A stretch of 58,816 nucleotides of DNA from Gemmatimonadota bacterium (GCA_038153405.1 JAYOYH010000027.1:1-58816); one strand, 5' to 3'. Shown: positions 11,832 through 21,774, counted from the stretch's first letter. The notes: generated by a model not told the origin, from the sequence alone. A program made the numbers and translations.

Positions 11832-12974
11832 ATGTCATTTGAACTGGGCAGTGCCGACGCACTGCTGATCGTCGGGGCCAGCGAACACCTAGCCGATCTA
11901 TACTACGCCACCCGCTTCCGCGCCCCCGACGCCTTTGTCTTTGCCTGGACGAAAAGCGAAAAGCTGATGATGGCGCACAGCCTCGAAATCGACCGCGCGC
12001 GCCAACAGGCCGAAGTCGATCGCGTGCTGGCCTACGCCGCCTACGAAGAGAAGGCGCGCGCAGCCGGCTGTCAGACCCCAACGACCACCGATGTGCTGCA
12101 GGCGTTTCTGCGCGATTTGGGCCTGCAGCGCGTGCTGGTGCCCAGCGACTTTCCCTTGGGCACAGCCGACGCGCTGCGTTCGGCCGGTTTCGTCCTGGAG
12201 ATTGCGTCCAACCCGCTCTTTCCGCAGCGCCAGATCAAAAGTGCCGCAGAAATCGAGGCCATTCGCACCGCCCAGCAGGGGGCCGAAGCCGGCATGGCAG
12301 CGGCCGTAGACATGCTGCGCGCCGCGCGCATTGATGACGGCGCCCTAGTGCATGAGGGCCAAGCGCTGACCTCGGAACGGCTACGCCGGTCTATTCACCG
12401 AGCGCTGATGGAGCGCGACTGCACGGGACAGCACACCATTGTCGCCGGCGGCGATCAGGGCTGCGATCCACATCAGGAGGGCCACGGACCGCTGCGCGCC
12501 GGCGAGCCCATTATCATCGACATCTTTCCCAAGGACGACCGCAGCGGCTACTTCGGCGACATCACGCGCACCTTCGTTAAGGGCGCCGTATCCGACCGCG
12601 TGCGCGCGCTCTACCAAACCGTGCTGCAGGCGCATGAGGCAGCGCTGGAGCAGGTGCGCGCCGGGGCCGAGGGCCGGGCCATTCACGAGGGCGTGCAGCG
12701 CTTCTTTGTCGAACGGGGCTACGAGACGGGCGAGCGAGATGGCTATATGCAGGGCTATTTTCACGGCACCGGCCACGGGCTCGGGCTAGAGATACACGAG
12801 GGACCGAGCCTGGGCCGCCGCGGCGACGTGCTGCAGGCCGGCCAAGTGGTCACCGTCGAACCCGGGCTCTACTACCGCGGGCTGGGCGGCGTGCGCATCG
12901 AAGATACGGTCGTCGTGCGCGAGGACGGCATAGAGAATCTGACCACTTTCCCCAAAGCCTTAGACATTCCCTAG
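11832..12974 (+). CDS. Xaa-Pro aminopeptidase (M24 family)
   Basis: DITRT, HGTGHGLGLEIHE, VTVEPGLY, GVRIED motifs. ATG 11832 follows GGAG. Confidence 0.93.
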   Translation: MSFELGSADALLIVGASEHLADLYYATRFRAPDAFVFAWTKSEKLMMAHSLEIDRARQQAEVDRVLAYAAYEEKARAAGCQTPTTTDVLQAFLRDLGLQRVLVPSDFPLGTADALRSAGFVLEIASNPLFPQRQIKSAAEIEAIRTAQQGAEAGMAAAVDMLRAARIDDGALVHEGQALTSERLRRSIHRALMERDCTGQHTIVAGGDQGCDPHQEGHGPLRAGEPIIIDIFPKDDRSGYFGDITRTFVKGAVSDRVRALYQTVLQAHEAALEQVRAGAEGRAIHEGVQRFFVERGYETGERDGYMQGYFHGTGHGLGLEIHEGPSLGRRGDVLQAGQVVTVEPGLYYRGLGGVRIEDTVVVREDGIENLTTFPKALDIP

Positions 12975-12976
12975 CG

Positions 12977-14155
12977 GTGCCCGGAGAGGCTTCAACAGAT
13001 CCGCTGACGCACGCGGCACTGCGCTACCTACAGACGCCCGCAGGCCAGTTGCTGCTGGCCGCCGCCGCACAGGTCGGCACCGATCTGAACGCCCAGCAGG
13101 CCCTGCGCGCCGACTTTCCAACCGATATGTGCCGGGCCGCGCTATCGCTGGTCGCCGTGCGCGCGGCAGCCGGCGAGAAGTTTGCGCGCGCCGACCGCAT
13201 GCTGTTCGACCGCGAGGGGTTTGAGATGGCTACGCGCGCCGAGGTTGCCCAGTACCGCGCCTGGCGGCTGCGCCAGTGCGAGACCATCCTCGATCTGTGC
13301 TGTGGCATTGGTGGCGACATGCTCTACTTGGGCCACAGCGCGCGCGTGATCGGCGTGGACATCTCGCGCCGCCGGCTGGAAATGGCGCGGCACAACTGCG
13401 CGGTATACGAGGTCGACGATGCGCGCTTTATCGCCGCCGATGCCCTCACCATCCGCCCCCGCGCCGATGCCGTGTTTTTCGATCCAGCCCGACGCGGCCA
13501 GCACGGCCGCCAGCGCAGCGGCGCCCAATACGATCCGCCCCTGTCTTCCGTCGAGGCGCTGCGCGCCTGCGTTTCGCGCGTCGCCGTCAAAGTGTCGCCC
13601 GCCATCCCCGAAGAGGAGCTGCCCGGCGATGGCGAGGTGGAGTTCGTATCCAGCGCAGGCCAGTGCCGCGAGGCCGTGCTCTACTTCGGCGAACTGGTCA
13701 CGGCCCGGCGCCGCGCCACGCTGCTGCCCGAGCGACACACGCTGACGGATGACGGTCTGGGTGCCGAACCGGTCGGGCCCGTCGGCGCCTACGTCTACGA
13801 TCCCGATCCGGCCATTGTGCGCGCGCACCTGATCGACGAATTGGCACGACGCTTAGGCGCGTGGAAACTGGATGCGCAGATTGCCTACCTAAGTGGCGAC
13901 GCTCTGGTCACGACGCCGCTGGCGCGCGCCTACCGCGTCTTACATACGATGCCGTTTCAAATCAAAACGCTGCGGCAGCACATGCGTCGAGCGGGTTTTT
14001 TCCCGCAGCAGATCAAACGGCGTCGCTTTCCGCTGGAGCCGGTGGAAGTCGAACGCAAGCTCGGCATTCGCTCCGGCGAAATTCCCGTCGTTTTAATCCT
14101 CACTCGCCTATACGATAAAACGACCTGTTTGATTTGCGAAACAGCGGTGAATTGA
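12977..14155 (+). CDS. Class I SAM-dependent methyltransferase with THUMP-like C-terminal domain
   Basis: LDLCCGIGGD SAM motif, FDPARR, and YDPDPAIVRAHL in the C-terminal region. Confidence 0.85.
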   Translation: MPGEASTDPLTHAALRYLQTPAGQLLLAAAAQVGTDLNAQQALRADFPTDMCRAALSLVAVRAAAGEKFARADRMLFDREGFEMATRAEVAQYRAWRLRQCETILDLCCGIGGDMLYLGHSARVIGVDISRRRLEMARHNCAVYEVDDARFIAADALTIRPRADAVFFDPARRGQHGRQRSGAQYDPPLSSVEALRACVSRVAVKVSPAIPEEELPGDGEVEFVSSAGQCREAVLYFGELVTARRRATLLPERHTLTDDGLGAEPVGPVGAYVYDPDPAIVRAHLIDELARRLGAWKLDAQIAYLSGDALVTTPLARAYRVLHTMPFQIKTLRQHMRRAGFFPQQIKRRRFPLEPVEVERKLGIRSGEIPVVLILTRLYDKTTCLICETAVN

Positions 14156-14203
14156 GCAGATTCTAGTGTATTGTTTCCCTTCTGTTTCCCATGTGAGAGA
14201 TCT

Positions 14204-14650
14204 ATGCATCGCCATAAGTTTACCGTTGGTGCGCTCGTCGTCGCCTCCGGCCTGTTCTACCTCTTCCTAACCGGTTTTCAGCAGTCGTCCTCGACGCACA
14301 TGACGCTGCAGAGCCTAGTGGAAGCGGCCCAGAGCGCCGAGTTGGAAGGTCAGCGCATTCAGCTCGGCGGCAGCACGGTTGTCCCCGGATCGATTCAGTG
14401 GGACAAATACCGATCGAGCGCCGTGTTTGATATCACGGACGGCCAGCGCTCGCTGCGCGTGCGCTACGTCGGCAATGCCGTGCTGCCTGACACCTTTAAA
14501 GACGAGGCACTCGTCGTGTTGGAAGGGGAATACCAGGCGACGCACGGCGCCTTTAACGCCGAAGTGGTCTTTGCCAAGTGCCCATCTAAATACGAAGGGC
14601 AGGACTACGAGGGACACGTGCAGGCGATGAAGGACCAGAGTGGTTCCTAG
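14204..14650 (+). CDS. ccmE: Haem chaperone CcmE, CxxxY variant
   Basis: N-terminal TM helix, LPDTFK, VVLEG and AKCPSKYE (Cys in place of the His of HxxxY). Confidence 0.92.
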   Translation: MHRHKFTVGALVVASGLFYLFLTGFQQSSSTHMTLQSLVEAAQSAELEGQRIQLGGSTVVPGSIQWDKYRSSAVFDITDGQRSLRVRYVGNAVLPDTFKDEALVVLEGEYQATHGAFNAEVVFAKCPSKYEGQDYEGHVQAMKDQSGS

Positions 14651-14688
14651 CCTCGTCCTTTTCCATTCGCACCTTTCCAGACTAAACC

Positions 14689-16686
14689 ATGATTGATTTT
14701 GGCTACTTTGCACTGTGTCTAGCGCTGCTGTCCTCGGGCTACGCGCTGGTCTCTTCGGTGGCCGGCGGGCGCAGCGGCAGCTTGGCGCTCGTTCGCTCGG
14801 GCGAGAACGCCCTCTTGGCCACCTGCCTGCTGCTCACCGTTTCGGTATGCGTGCTGTGGCACGCACTGCTCACGCACAACTTTCAGGTGCGCTTTGTCGC
14901 CGAAAACAGCAATCTGGCCATGCCGCTGTTCTACGTCGTGACTTCCCTGTGGGGCGGGCAGGCCGGCTCGCTGTTATTCTGGGGATGGATTCTCTCGCTC
15001 TACATCGCCGCTGTGGTCATGCTCTACCGCCGCCGCTACCGCGAGCTGATGCCCTACGCCGTCGCCGTCATGGCAGCTACCAGCTTTTTCTTTTGCATAC
15101 TCCACCTGTTTTCGGCTGATCCCTTTGTCATGCTGCCCTTTAAGCCGGAGGACGGTCGCGGGCTCAACCCGCTCTTGCAGCAGCCGCTGATGGCCATCCA
15201 TCCGCCTCTGCTCTACTTGGGCATGGTCGGCATGGTCATTCCCTTTGCCTTCGCCATTTCTGCCCTGGCCTCAGGCCATCTGGACTCGACTTGGCTGCGA
15301 CCGGCGCGCCGCTGGATGCTCATCCCGTGGGCCTTTCTGGGCGCGGGTCTGCTGCTGGGTGGCAAATGGGCCTACGTCGAACTGGGATGGGGCGGGTACT
15401 GGGGCTGGGACCCCGTGGAAAACTCGTCGCTAATGCCCTGGCTGGCGGGCACGGCCTTTCTGCACTCCATTATGATTCAGGAGCGCAAGGGCATGCTCAA
15501 GGTGTGGAATATGGTGCTGGCCATTCTCTGCTACGGCCTGTGCATCTTGGGCACGTTCATTACCCGCTCGGGCATTATATCGTCGGTGCACGCCTTCGCC
15601 AAATCAAATATCGGTCCCTTTTTCGCCGTCTACATGGTGGTGATACTGGTCGTCTCCTTTGGCCTGCTCTACCTGCGCTTGCCGCTCTTAAAACCAGAAA
15701 ACCGACTGGAGTCTTTTGCCTCGCGCGAGACGGCCTTTCTGCTGAATAACTGGATTCTGCTCGGCATTCTCTTCGCCGTGCTCTGGGGCACGCTGTTCCC
15801 GCTGATCTCCGAGGCCTTTACTGGACAGCAGGTCACGGTTGGCCCTCCCTTTTTCAATCAGGTGAACGTGCCCATTGGGCTAGTTCTCATACTACTGACG
15901 GGAGCCGGACCGCTCTTTGCGTGGCGGCGCACGTCGGAGGAGAGCCTGAAAAAGAACTTTGCCGTGCCCGTCGCCGTCGCCGTGCTGGCGCTGCCCGTGC
16001 TGCTTGGACTGGGCGTAGACGATTTCTACGCGCTGGTCTCGCTGGTGCTCTGCACTTTTGCCACGGCCTCTATTGCGCTGGAGTTCCACGCCGGCACGCG
16101 GGCGCGCATGCGCAGCACGGGCGAGCCCTACGCCACGGCCATCTACCGCCTCAGCACCAAAAACCGCCGGCGCTACGGCGGCTATATGACCCACTTTGCG
16201 CTGGTGCTGCTCTTTGTCGGCTTTACCGGCAAAGCCTTTACAAGCGAAACCGAATTCGTGCTGCAGCGTGGAGAGACGACGGAAGTGGGCCAGTACGAGC
16301 TGACCTACGAAACGCTGGCCTATAAAGAAAACGCCAATATGAGCTCTACGGCGGCCGCGCTTACCCTGCGCCGCGATGGCCAGCGCCTGGGCACCCTGCT
16401 GCCGGAGCGCCGCTTTTACAAGGCCTTTGAGCAGGGCACCACCGAGGTGTCTATCTACTCCGATCTTCGCGAGGACTTCTACCTGATCTTGGTCGGTTCG
16501 GCCAGCGATGACAGCGCCAAATTCCAAGTGTATATCAACCCGCTGGTCAACTTTGTCTGGCTGGGCAGCATCGTGCTAATCCTCGGTTCGCTGTGGGCGA
16601 TGTGGCCCACGGCACGCGACCGGCGCATTGCCCACCTCGACCGACGGGCTTCGGTGCCCTTGGCTGCGCCCAGCCCGGCAGGTTGA
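14689..16686 (+). CDS. ccmF: Cytochrome c haem lyase CcmF
   Basis: WGGQAGSLLFW, IHPP, WGGYWGWDPVEN, SVHAF motifs. Confidence 0.97.
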   Translation: MIDFGYFALCLALLSSGYALVSSVAGGRSGSLALVRSGENALLATCLLLTVSVCVLWHALLTHNFQVRFVAENSNLAMPLFYVVTSLWGGQAGSLLFWGWILSLYIAAVVMLYRRRYRELMPYAVAVMAATSFFFCILHLFSADPFVMLPFKPEDGRGLNPLLQQPLMAIHPPLLYLGMVGMVIPFAFAISALASGHLDSTWLRPARRWMLIPWAFLGAGLLLGGKWAYVELGWGGYWGWDPVENSSLMPWLAGTAFLHSIMIQERKGMLKVWNMVLAILCYGLCILGTFITRSGIISSVHAFAKSNIGPFFAVYMVVILVVSFGLLYLRLPLLKPENRLESFASRETAFLLNNWILLGILFAVLWGTLFPLISEAFTGQQVTVGPPFFNQVNVPIGLVLILLTGAGPLFAWRRTSEESLKKNFAVPVAVAVLALPVLLGLGVDDFYALVSLVLCTFATASIALEFHAGTRARMRSTGEPYATAIYRLSTKNRRRYGGYMTHFALVLLFVGFTGKAFTSETEFVLQRGETTEVGQYELTYETLAYKENANMSSTAAALTLRRDGQRLGTLLPERRFYKAFEQGTTEVSIYSDLREDFYLILVGSASDDSAKFQVYINPLVNFVWLGSIVLILGSLWAMWPTARDRRIAHLDRRASVPLAAPSPAG

Positions 16687-16693
16687 TCGCCCG

Positions 16694-17164
16694 ATGCGCC
16701 TAGGCATACTCCTCCTGCTGCTCTGCCTGCTGGCAGCGCCCGCTCTAGCGGCATCTACCGAGGAGATCAAAGAGGTCGCCGCAGAGCTAGTCTGTCTGTG
16801 CGGCGACTGCAATCGGGAATCGCTGGCCACCTGCCTGTGCAACGAATTTGCCGTGCCGCAGCGCGAGTACATCGGCCAGCTGCTCGATGAGGGCAAGAGC
16901 CACCGGGAAATCATCGACGAATACGTCTCGGCCTACGGGCAAATTGCCCTGGCCATGCCACCGCCGAAGGGAGCCAACCTACTCGCTTGGATCGCCCCTT
17001 TTGCAGCGTTGCTATTTGGCGTCTTTCTCATCCGCTCCGTGCTGCGCGGCTGGCGGCGTGAGGGACCTTCTGCCGGCCAGAGCACACCGGGCGAAACGGC
17101 ACCTAACGCGGCACAACGCGAGCGAATGCAGCGCGAGTTGGACCGCTTCAACGAGAGCGAGTAG
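16694..17164 (+). CDS. ccmH: CcmH-like cytochrome c biogenesis protein with Cys-rich motif
   Basis: Signal peptide, LVCLCGDC...TCLC, EIIDEYVSAYGQIAL(AMPP) and LAWIAP TM helix; directly after ccmF. Confidence 0.8.
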   Translation: MRLGILLLLLCLLAAPALAASTEEIKEVAAELVCLCGDCNRESLATCLCNEFAVPQREYIGQLLDEGKSHREIIDEYVSAYGQIALAMPPPKGANLLAWIAPFAALLFGVFLIRSVLRGWRREGPSAGQSTPGETAPNAAQRERMQRELDRFNESE

Positions 17165-17167
17165 CCA

Positions 17168-17662
17168 ATGGATGCGACGGCGATCACAGCCTGTGCACTG
17201 CTCTTGGCCGGCTGCGCATACTACGTCGCCCGCCCGCTGTTCCGCCTGCGCAACACCGCAGCCGCTAGCGTGGGCGTGCGCCAGCTAGCCGAGCGCAAAG
17301 AACAGCTCTACGCCTCTATATTGGAGCTGGAATTCGACCGCGAGTTGGGCAAGCTACCCGAGTCCGATTTTCAGCGCATGCGCAGCGAGTTGGAGTCGCA
17401 AGCCCTAACCGTTATCGAGCAGATCGATCGGCTAGAAGAGACGGGGCCGCGCGGCGACCTGGAACAGCGGATCGAACGCGAAATCGCCGCGCTGCAGACC
17501 GATACCGGCGAGCTACCGCAGCCAACGCCCCCCCCATCTGCGCCACAGCCGCCGGCGTCTGCGGCGCTGGCCAAGTTTTGCAGTCAGTGTGGCGCGGCGC
17601 GGCGCGATGTTACGGACCGCTTTTGCACCCAGTGCGGCAAGGCCTTTGAGGAAGCGGCCTGA
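17168..17662 (+). CDS. CcmI-like membrane protein with C-terminal zinc ribbon
   Basis: N-terminal TM helix, ELEFDRELGKLPESDF helical motif, C-terminal FCSQCG...FCTQCG. Confidence 0.75.
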   Translation: MDATAITACALLLAGCAYYVARPLFRLRNTAAASVGVRQLAERKEQLYASILELEFDRELGKLPESDFQRMRSELESQALTVIEQIDRLEETGPRGDLEQRIEREIAALQTDTGELPQPTPPPSAPQPPASAALAKFCSQCGAARRDVTDRFCTQCGKAFEEAA

Positions 17663-17665
17663 GCG

Positions 17666-18796
17666 ATGGCCCGGTGGCTCTTATGTGGTCTCGCTCTACT
17701 TTGTTCCCTGTCGCTCGCTGCGCCCGCTGCTGGCGCTGACCCAATCGATGGCTACGTGCTCAACCCCAACGGCGACCAGCGCATGGGCGGCGTCGAGGTG
17801 GCCTTTTACGTGCGCCAAGACGATCAAGTCTCCGAGATTATGCGCAAGACGACCGACGCTGCGGGTCGCTTTCGCTTTGCCGGGCCGTTTCTCACCGCGG
17901 GCACTCCGTTCGCCTTGGCGGCCTTTTACAAGGATGTGACCTACTTCAGTTCAATGTTGGAGGTCGGCGCGCAGAAGCAGGTCATCCTAGAAGTTTACGA
18001 ACCGACCAGCGACGATGCCGACATCCGCATTGTTTCCCACAACCTCTTTCTACGGGTCAAAGAGGGGGTTGTCGAGGTCATTCACTTGGTCCAGTTTTAC
18101 AATGGGGGACAGCACGCCTACGCGGGCAGCGGCCAGGGCACAGAGCGGCGGGTTAGCGCGTTTCGCCTCCCCGCCGGCGCCTTTAACATAGAGAGCCACT
18201 CCGGGCACATAAACCAAGCTGACGAGACGACATTTTTCGACAATCAGCCCCTGCTGCCTGGACATTCCCAGCTCAGCTTTTCCTTTGATTTAAACACCGA
18301 CCTATTGGACGGGGGCTACTGGCACGAAGCGGCCTACCCCACCGAGCGCGTCGAGCTCTTTGTGCAACCGAGCACGTTGGAGGTGGGCGGCGTCTGGGCC
18401 GATGCCGGCGTTATGGACCTGCACGGACAGCAGTATCGCCGCCTGCTCATGACCGATGTGGCCGCCGGACAGCGCCTGCTCGTGCCGCTGCCGATCGACG
18501 CGCCCGTCCGCTGGATACTCAAGTGGATTGCCTTAGGCGGCGGCGCGCTCATCGGCGCCGGCGTGTTGCTGGTGTGGAAGCGCATCGACAGACCGGTCGC
18601 CCGCACCGCACCGCCCGCACTACCCGATCCCGATCTGCCACAGCACCGCCAGACGCTATTGGAGGCCATTGCCCGCCTCGATCGCGATCACGCCACAGAC
18701 GGCGACGAGGAAACCTACCGCCAGACGCGGCGGCGGCTCCTCGAACAGGCCATCGACCTAACGCGCCGCTTAGAGGGGCCAGAGCATGGCCGATGA
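17666..18796 (+). CDS. Membrane-anchored periplasmic beta-sandwich protein inside the ccm operon (function unknown)
   Basis: Signal peptide, TTDAAGRFRF carboxypeptidase-regulatory-like motif, TM helix near aa 285-305, cytoplasmic LLEAIARLD...Y...R tail. Confidence 0.75.
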   Translation: MARWLLCGLALLCSLSLAAPAAGADPIDGYVLNPNGDQRMGGVEVAFYVRQDDQVSEIMRKTTDAAGRFRFAGPFLTAGTPFALAAFYKDVTYFSSMLEVGAQKQVILEVYEPTSDDADIRIVSHNLFLRVKEGVVEVIHLVQFYNGGQHAYAGSGQGTERRVSAFRLPAGAFNIESHSGHINQADETTFFDNQPLLPGHSQLSFSFDLNTDLLDGGYWHEAAYPTERVELFVQPSTLEVGGVWADAGVMDLHGQQYRRLLMTDVAAGQRLLVPLPIDAPVRWILKWIALGGGALIGAGVLLVWKRIDRPVARTAPPALPDPDLPQHRQTLLEAIARLDRDHATDGDEETYRQTRRRLLEQAIDLTRRLEGPEHGR

Positions 18797-19496
18797 CGAT
18801 ATTGTCATCGAAGGCGCCAGCAAGCACTTTGCTTCCTTTGTCGCTCTGCGGTCTATCGAGCTGCGCATTGGGCGCGGGCAATTCGTCCTCCTAGCCGGGG
18901 CAAACGGCGCGGGCAAGAGTACGCTGCTGCGCCTGCTGGCCGGCATTAGCCGGCCCAGCAGCGGGCGCGTGCTCATTGCCGGCCAGGACCCGCAGCGCTA
19001 CGCCGAGGCCCGCGCGTCTATCGGCCTGCTATCGCATCACACGCTGCTCTACGACGACCTAAGTGCCAACGAAAACCTGACCTTTTTTGCGCGGCTCTAC
19101 GCGCTGCCCGACGCGGCGCAGCGCGTAGAGGAAGCGCTCGAACAAGTGGGACTGACCGAGCAGCGGCACCGACGCCTGCGCGGCTTTTCGCGCGGCATGC
19201 GCCAGCGGTTGGCGCTGGCGCGCGCCACGCTGCACCGCCCCACCATCCTGCTGTTGGACGAGCCGTTCACCGGCCTAGATCAGCTCGCCTGCGACGCACT
19301 GAACGAGCGTCTGCGCACACTGAAGACAGCCGACTGCACCTGCGTAATGGTCACCCACAGGCTGCAAGAGGCCGCCGAACTGGCCGATCGCCTCGTCGTA
19401 TTGGGCAAGGGGCGCATTTGCCACGATGAGGCGTGGAGCGGCTCGCCGCAAGCGCTGATCGATACCTGCGCTCCTTTCTTGGGAGCGCCCCGTTGA
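18786..19496 (+). CDS. ccmA: Haem exporter ABC ATPase CcmA
   Basis: GANGAGKST, FSRGMRQRL, LLLDEPFTGLD; in ccm operon. Confidence 0.93.
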   Translation: MADDDIVIEGASKHFASFVALRSIELRIGRGQFVLLAGANGAGKSTLLRLLAGISRPSSGRVLIAGQDPQRYAEARASIGLLSHHTLLYDDLSANENLTFFARLYALPDAAQRVEEALEQVGLTEQRHRRLRGFSRGMRQRLALARATLHRPTILLLDEPFTGLDQLACDALNERLRTLKTADCTCVMVTHRLQEAAELADRLVVLGKGRICHDEAWSGSPQALIDTCAPFLGAPR

Positions 19497-20170
19497 GCTT
19501 TTGGCAACGCACGTTGGCGATCCTGCGCAAGGATCTAATTGCCGAGTGGCGCACCAAAGAACGGCTCAGTCCCATGGCGTTTTTTTCTCTGCTCGTTCTA
19601 CTGGTTTTCAACTTTTCCTTTGAGCTGGGCGGAGCGGCCCTGCACGAAATTGGGCCGGGCGTGCTGTGGTCGGCCTTCGTCTTTGCCAGCCTGCTAGGCC
19701 TGAGTCGCTCCTTTGCCGACGAACGCGAAAACCATTCGCTTGATGCCCTGCTTATGGCCCCGGGCGATCGCGGCGCCATCTACTTGGGCAAAATGTTGGG
19801 CAACCTCGTTTCTCTCCTATTCATCGAGGTCATCTGCTTGCCTTTTTTTGCGCTCTTTTTTAATCTCTCCCCTGGTTTTTTCCTGCTGCCGCTCCTAGGC
19901 GTATTCGTTCTCGGCTCGGCCTGTTTGTCAGCGGCCGGAACGCTCTTTGCCGCCATGTCGAGCACGATGCGGCTGCGCGAACTGCTGCTGCCACTGCTGC
20001 TGCTGCCCATGATACTGCCCGCGCTGATTTCCTGCGTGGAAGCAACGGGGCTGGTCTTGAGCAACCGATTTGATGCGAATCTGTTTTCCCACCTGAAAAT
20101 GCTCGCCGTCTATGCGATCGTTTTCGTCAGCCTTTCGCTCATGCTCTTTGAATATGCGGTCGAAGAATGA
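19493..20170 (+). CDS. ccmB: Haem exporter permease CcmB
   Basis: KDLIAEWR, SFADERENHSLDALL, LLPLLLLP motifs. TTG start overlaps the ccmA stop. Confidence 0.92.
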   Translation: MSFWQRTLAILRKDLIAEWRTKERLSPMAFFSLLVLLVFNFSFELGGAALHEIGPGVLWSAFVFASLLGLSRSFADERENHSLDALLMAPGDRGAIYLGKMLGNLVSLLFIEVICLPFFALFFNLSPGFFLLPLLGVFVLGSACLSAAGTLFAAMSSTMRLRELLLPLLLLPMILPALISCVEATGLVLSNRFDANLFSHLKMLAVYAIVFVSLSLMLFEYAVEE

Positions 20171-20856
20171 ATGCACATAACCCGTTGGCCAAGGTGCTGC
20201 CGGCCCTGACATTTACCGCTATGCTCCTCGCATTGGGTGCGGCCTTTCTCTACGCGCCCACCGAGAGCGTGATGGGCGATACGCAGCGCATCTTCTATTT
20301 CCACGTCCCCGCGGCCATCACCGCCTTTATTTGCTTTTTTCTCGTCTTTCTCGGCAGCGCACAGTATTTGCGCACCCGCCAGGCGCGCTGGGATCGCTTA
20401 GCGCTGTGCTCGGCCGAGTTGGGCGTGCTCTTTGGGCTGATCGTGCTGGTCAGTGGGCCGCTGTGGGCCAAGCCCATTTGGGGGGTGTACTGGCGCTGGG
20501 AGCCGCGCCTTACTTCCATGCTCATAACGTTTGCAATCTACGTCGCCTACCTGATGGTTCGCCAGCACGGTGCGAATGCCGGGCAGGCCCCGCGCCTGGC
20601 GGCCGTGCTCGGTATCGTCGCTTTTGCCAATGTGCCGCTGGTGTATTACTCGGTCGACCTGTGGGCCGCCGATCAGCAGTTGCATCCCCAGCGCAACGTG
20701 GGCTTGCAGCCGGAAATGCGCTACGCGCTGTGGATGTGCTTCATCGCCCACTTCCTGCTATTGGCCCTTCTGTTGCTGCGCCGCCTCGACCTGGCGCGCG
20801 CCGAAGAGGCCGTCGAAAAGCTGCGCCAACGCGCCTTGGCAAAGGCGGATTATTAG
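20167..20856 (+). CDS. ccmC: Haem exporter/delivery protein CcmC
   Basis: IFYFHVP, WAKPIWGVYWRWEPRLT Trp-rich motif, and LHP. Confidence 0.95.
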   Translation: MNAHNPLAKVLPALTFTAMLLALGAAFLYAPTESVMGDTQRIFYFHVPAAITAFICFFLVFLGSAQYLRTRQARWDRLALCSAELGVLFGLIVLVSGPLWAKPIWGVYWRWEPRLTSMLITFAIYVAYLMVRQHGANAGQAPRLAAVLGIVAFANVPLVYYSVDLWAADQQLHPQRNVGLQPEMRYALWMCFIAHFLLLALLLLRRLDLARAEEAVEKLRQRALAKADY

Positions 20857-20866
20857 AGGACTCTCC

Positions 20867-21025
20867 ATGGACAACCTGCACTACTTATTCGCCGCCTATG
20901 CCTTTATCTGGACCGTCTTGTTCGCCTATATAATGCGCCTCCAGCGCCGCACGGACGAACTGAGAGACGAGCTCGAACGCCTGGGCAAAGAGCTGGGTGA
21001 GTCCGATCCGGCAACGGGCGAGTAG
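20867..21025 (+). CDS. ccmD: CcmD family small membrane protein
   Basis: 52 aa MDNLHYLFAAYAFIWTVLFAY... (TM plus charged tail) after ccmC, with GAGGA RBS. Confidence 0.85.
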   Translation: MDNLHYLFAAYAFIWTVLFAYIMRLQRRTDELRDELERLGKELGESDPATGE

Positions 21026-21053
21026 GAGCGCATTGGGCGGACGCAGCGCCAAG

Positions 21054-21083
21054 TTGACACTCGCTCCGAGCACGTGTTATATT
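21054..21083 (+). promoter_or_regulatory. Putative sigma70 promoter of the DUF151 gene pair
   Basis: TTGACA-18 nt-TATATT with TG extension. Confidence 0.6.
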
Positions 21084-21130
21084 CCTCATGTGTGTCGTCT
21101 ATCTAACTCCCAACCCGCGCATTTTACCTA

Positions 21131-21751
21131 ATGATTCGAATGGAAGTCAGCGGGGTCTACAATAGCAGCCCCCAATCCTCCTATCCCCAGGTCGTCCTCA
21201 AAGAAGTGGACGGTCAGGCTTATCTGCCCATCATCATTGGGCGCTTTGAGGCGGCTGCCATTTCCATGGCGCAAAACGACCAGAGGCCCGCTCGGCCCAT
21301 CAGCTACGACCTAGCGCGGCAGATTCTAGTCGGCATGGACTCGAAAATTACCAAGGTGGAAATCACCGACCTGCACGAGAGCACGTACTACGCCCAGGTG
21401 CACCTGTTGGACGGCGATGGATGCGAACACGTGCTGGATGCGCGGCCGAGCGACGCCATTGCCCTAGCCCTGCGCTTTGGCGCGCCCATATTCGCTGCGC
21501 GGCAGATTTTGGAAGAGGCCGGATTCCTTAAAACGGCGGAAGCTGCCCTCGCTGAGCCGCTGGCCAGCACCGACGACGACCAACCCGTCGCCGTGCTCGA
21601 AGAGCGCCCATTTCCCGCCGTTGTCGCCGAGCCCCTAAGCGAGTTGGAGCAGCTAAAACGCCGCATGGAACAGGCCATTGCCGAAGAGGTGTACGAAGAA
21701 GCGGCGCGGCTGCGCGACGAGATACACCGCCGCGAAAATCTCGAACAATAG
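21131..21751 (+). CDS. Bifunctional nuclease (DUF151) domain protein with C-terminal UVR motif, copy 1
   Basis: LPIIIGRFEAAAI, DARPSDAIALA, and AIAEEVYEEAARLRDEI. Confidence 0.9.
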   Translation: MIRMEVSGVYNSSPQSSYPQVVLKEVDGQAYLPIIIGRFEAAAISMAQNDQRPARPISYDLARQILVGMDSKITKVEITDLHESTYYAQVHLLDGDGCEHVLDARPSDAIALALRFGAPIFAARQILEEAGFLKTAEAALAEPLASTDDDQPVAVLEERPFPAVVAEPLSELEQLKRRMEQAIAEEVYEEAARLRDEIHRRENLEQ

Positions 21752-21774
21752 GACGGATACGAGGTTCCAATACA

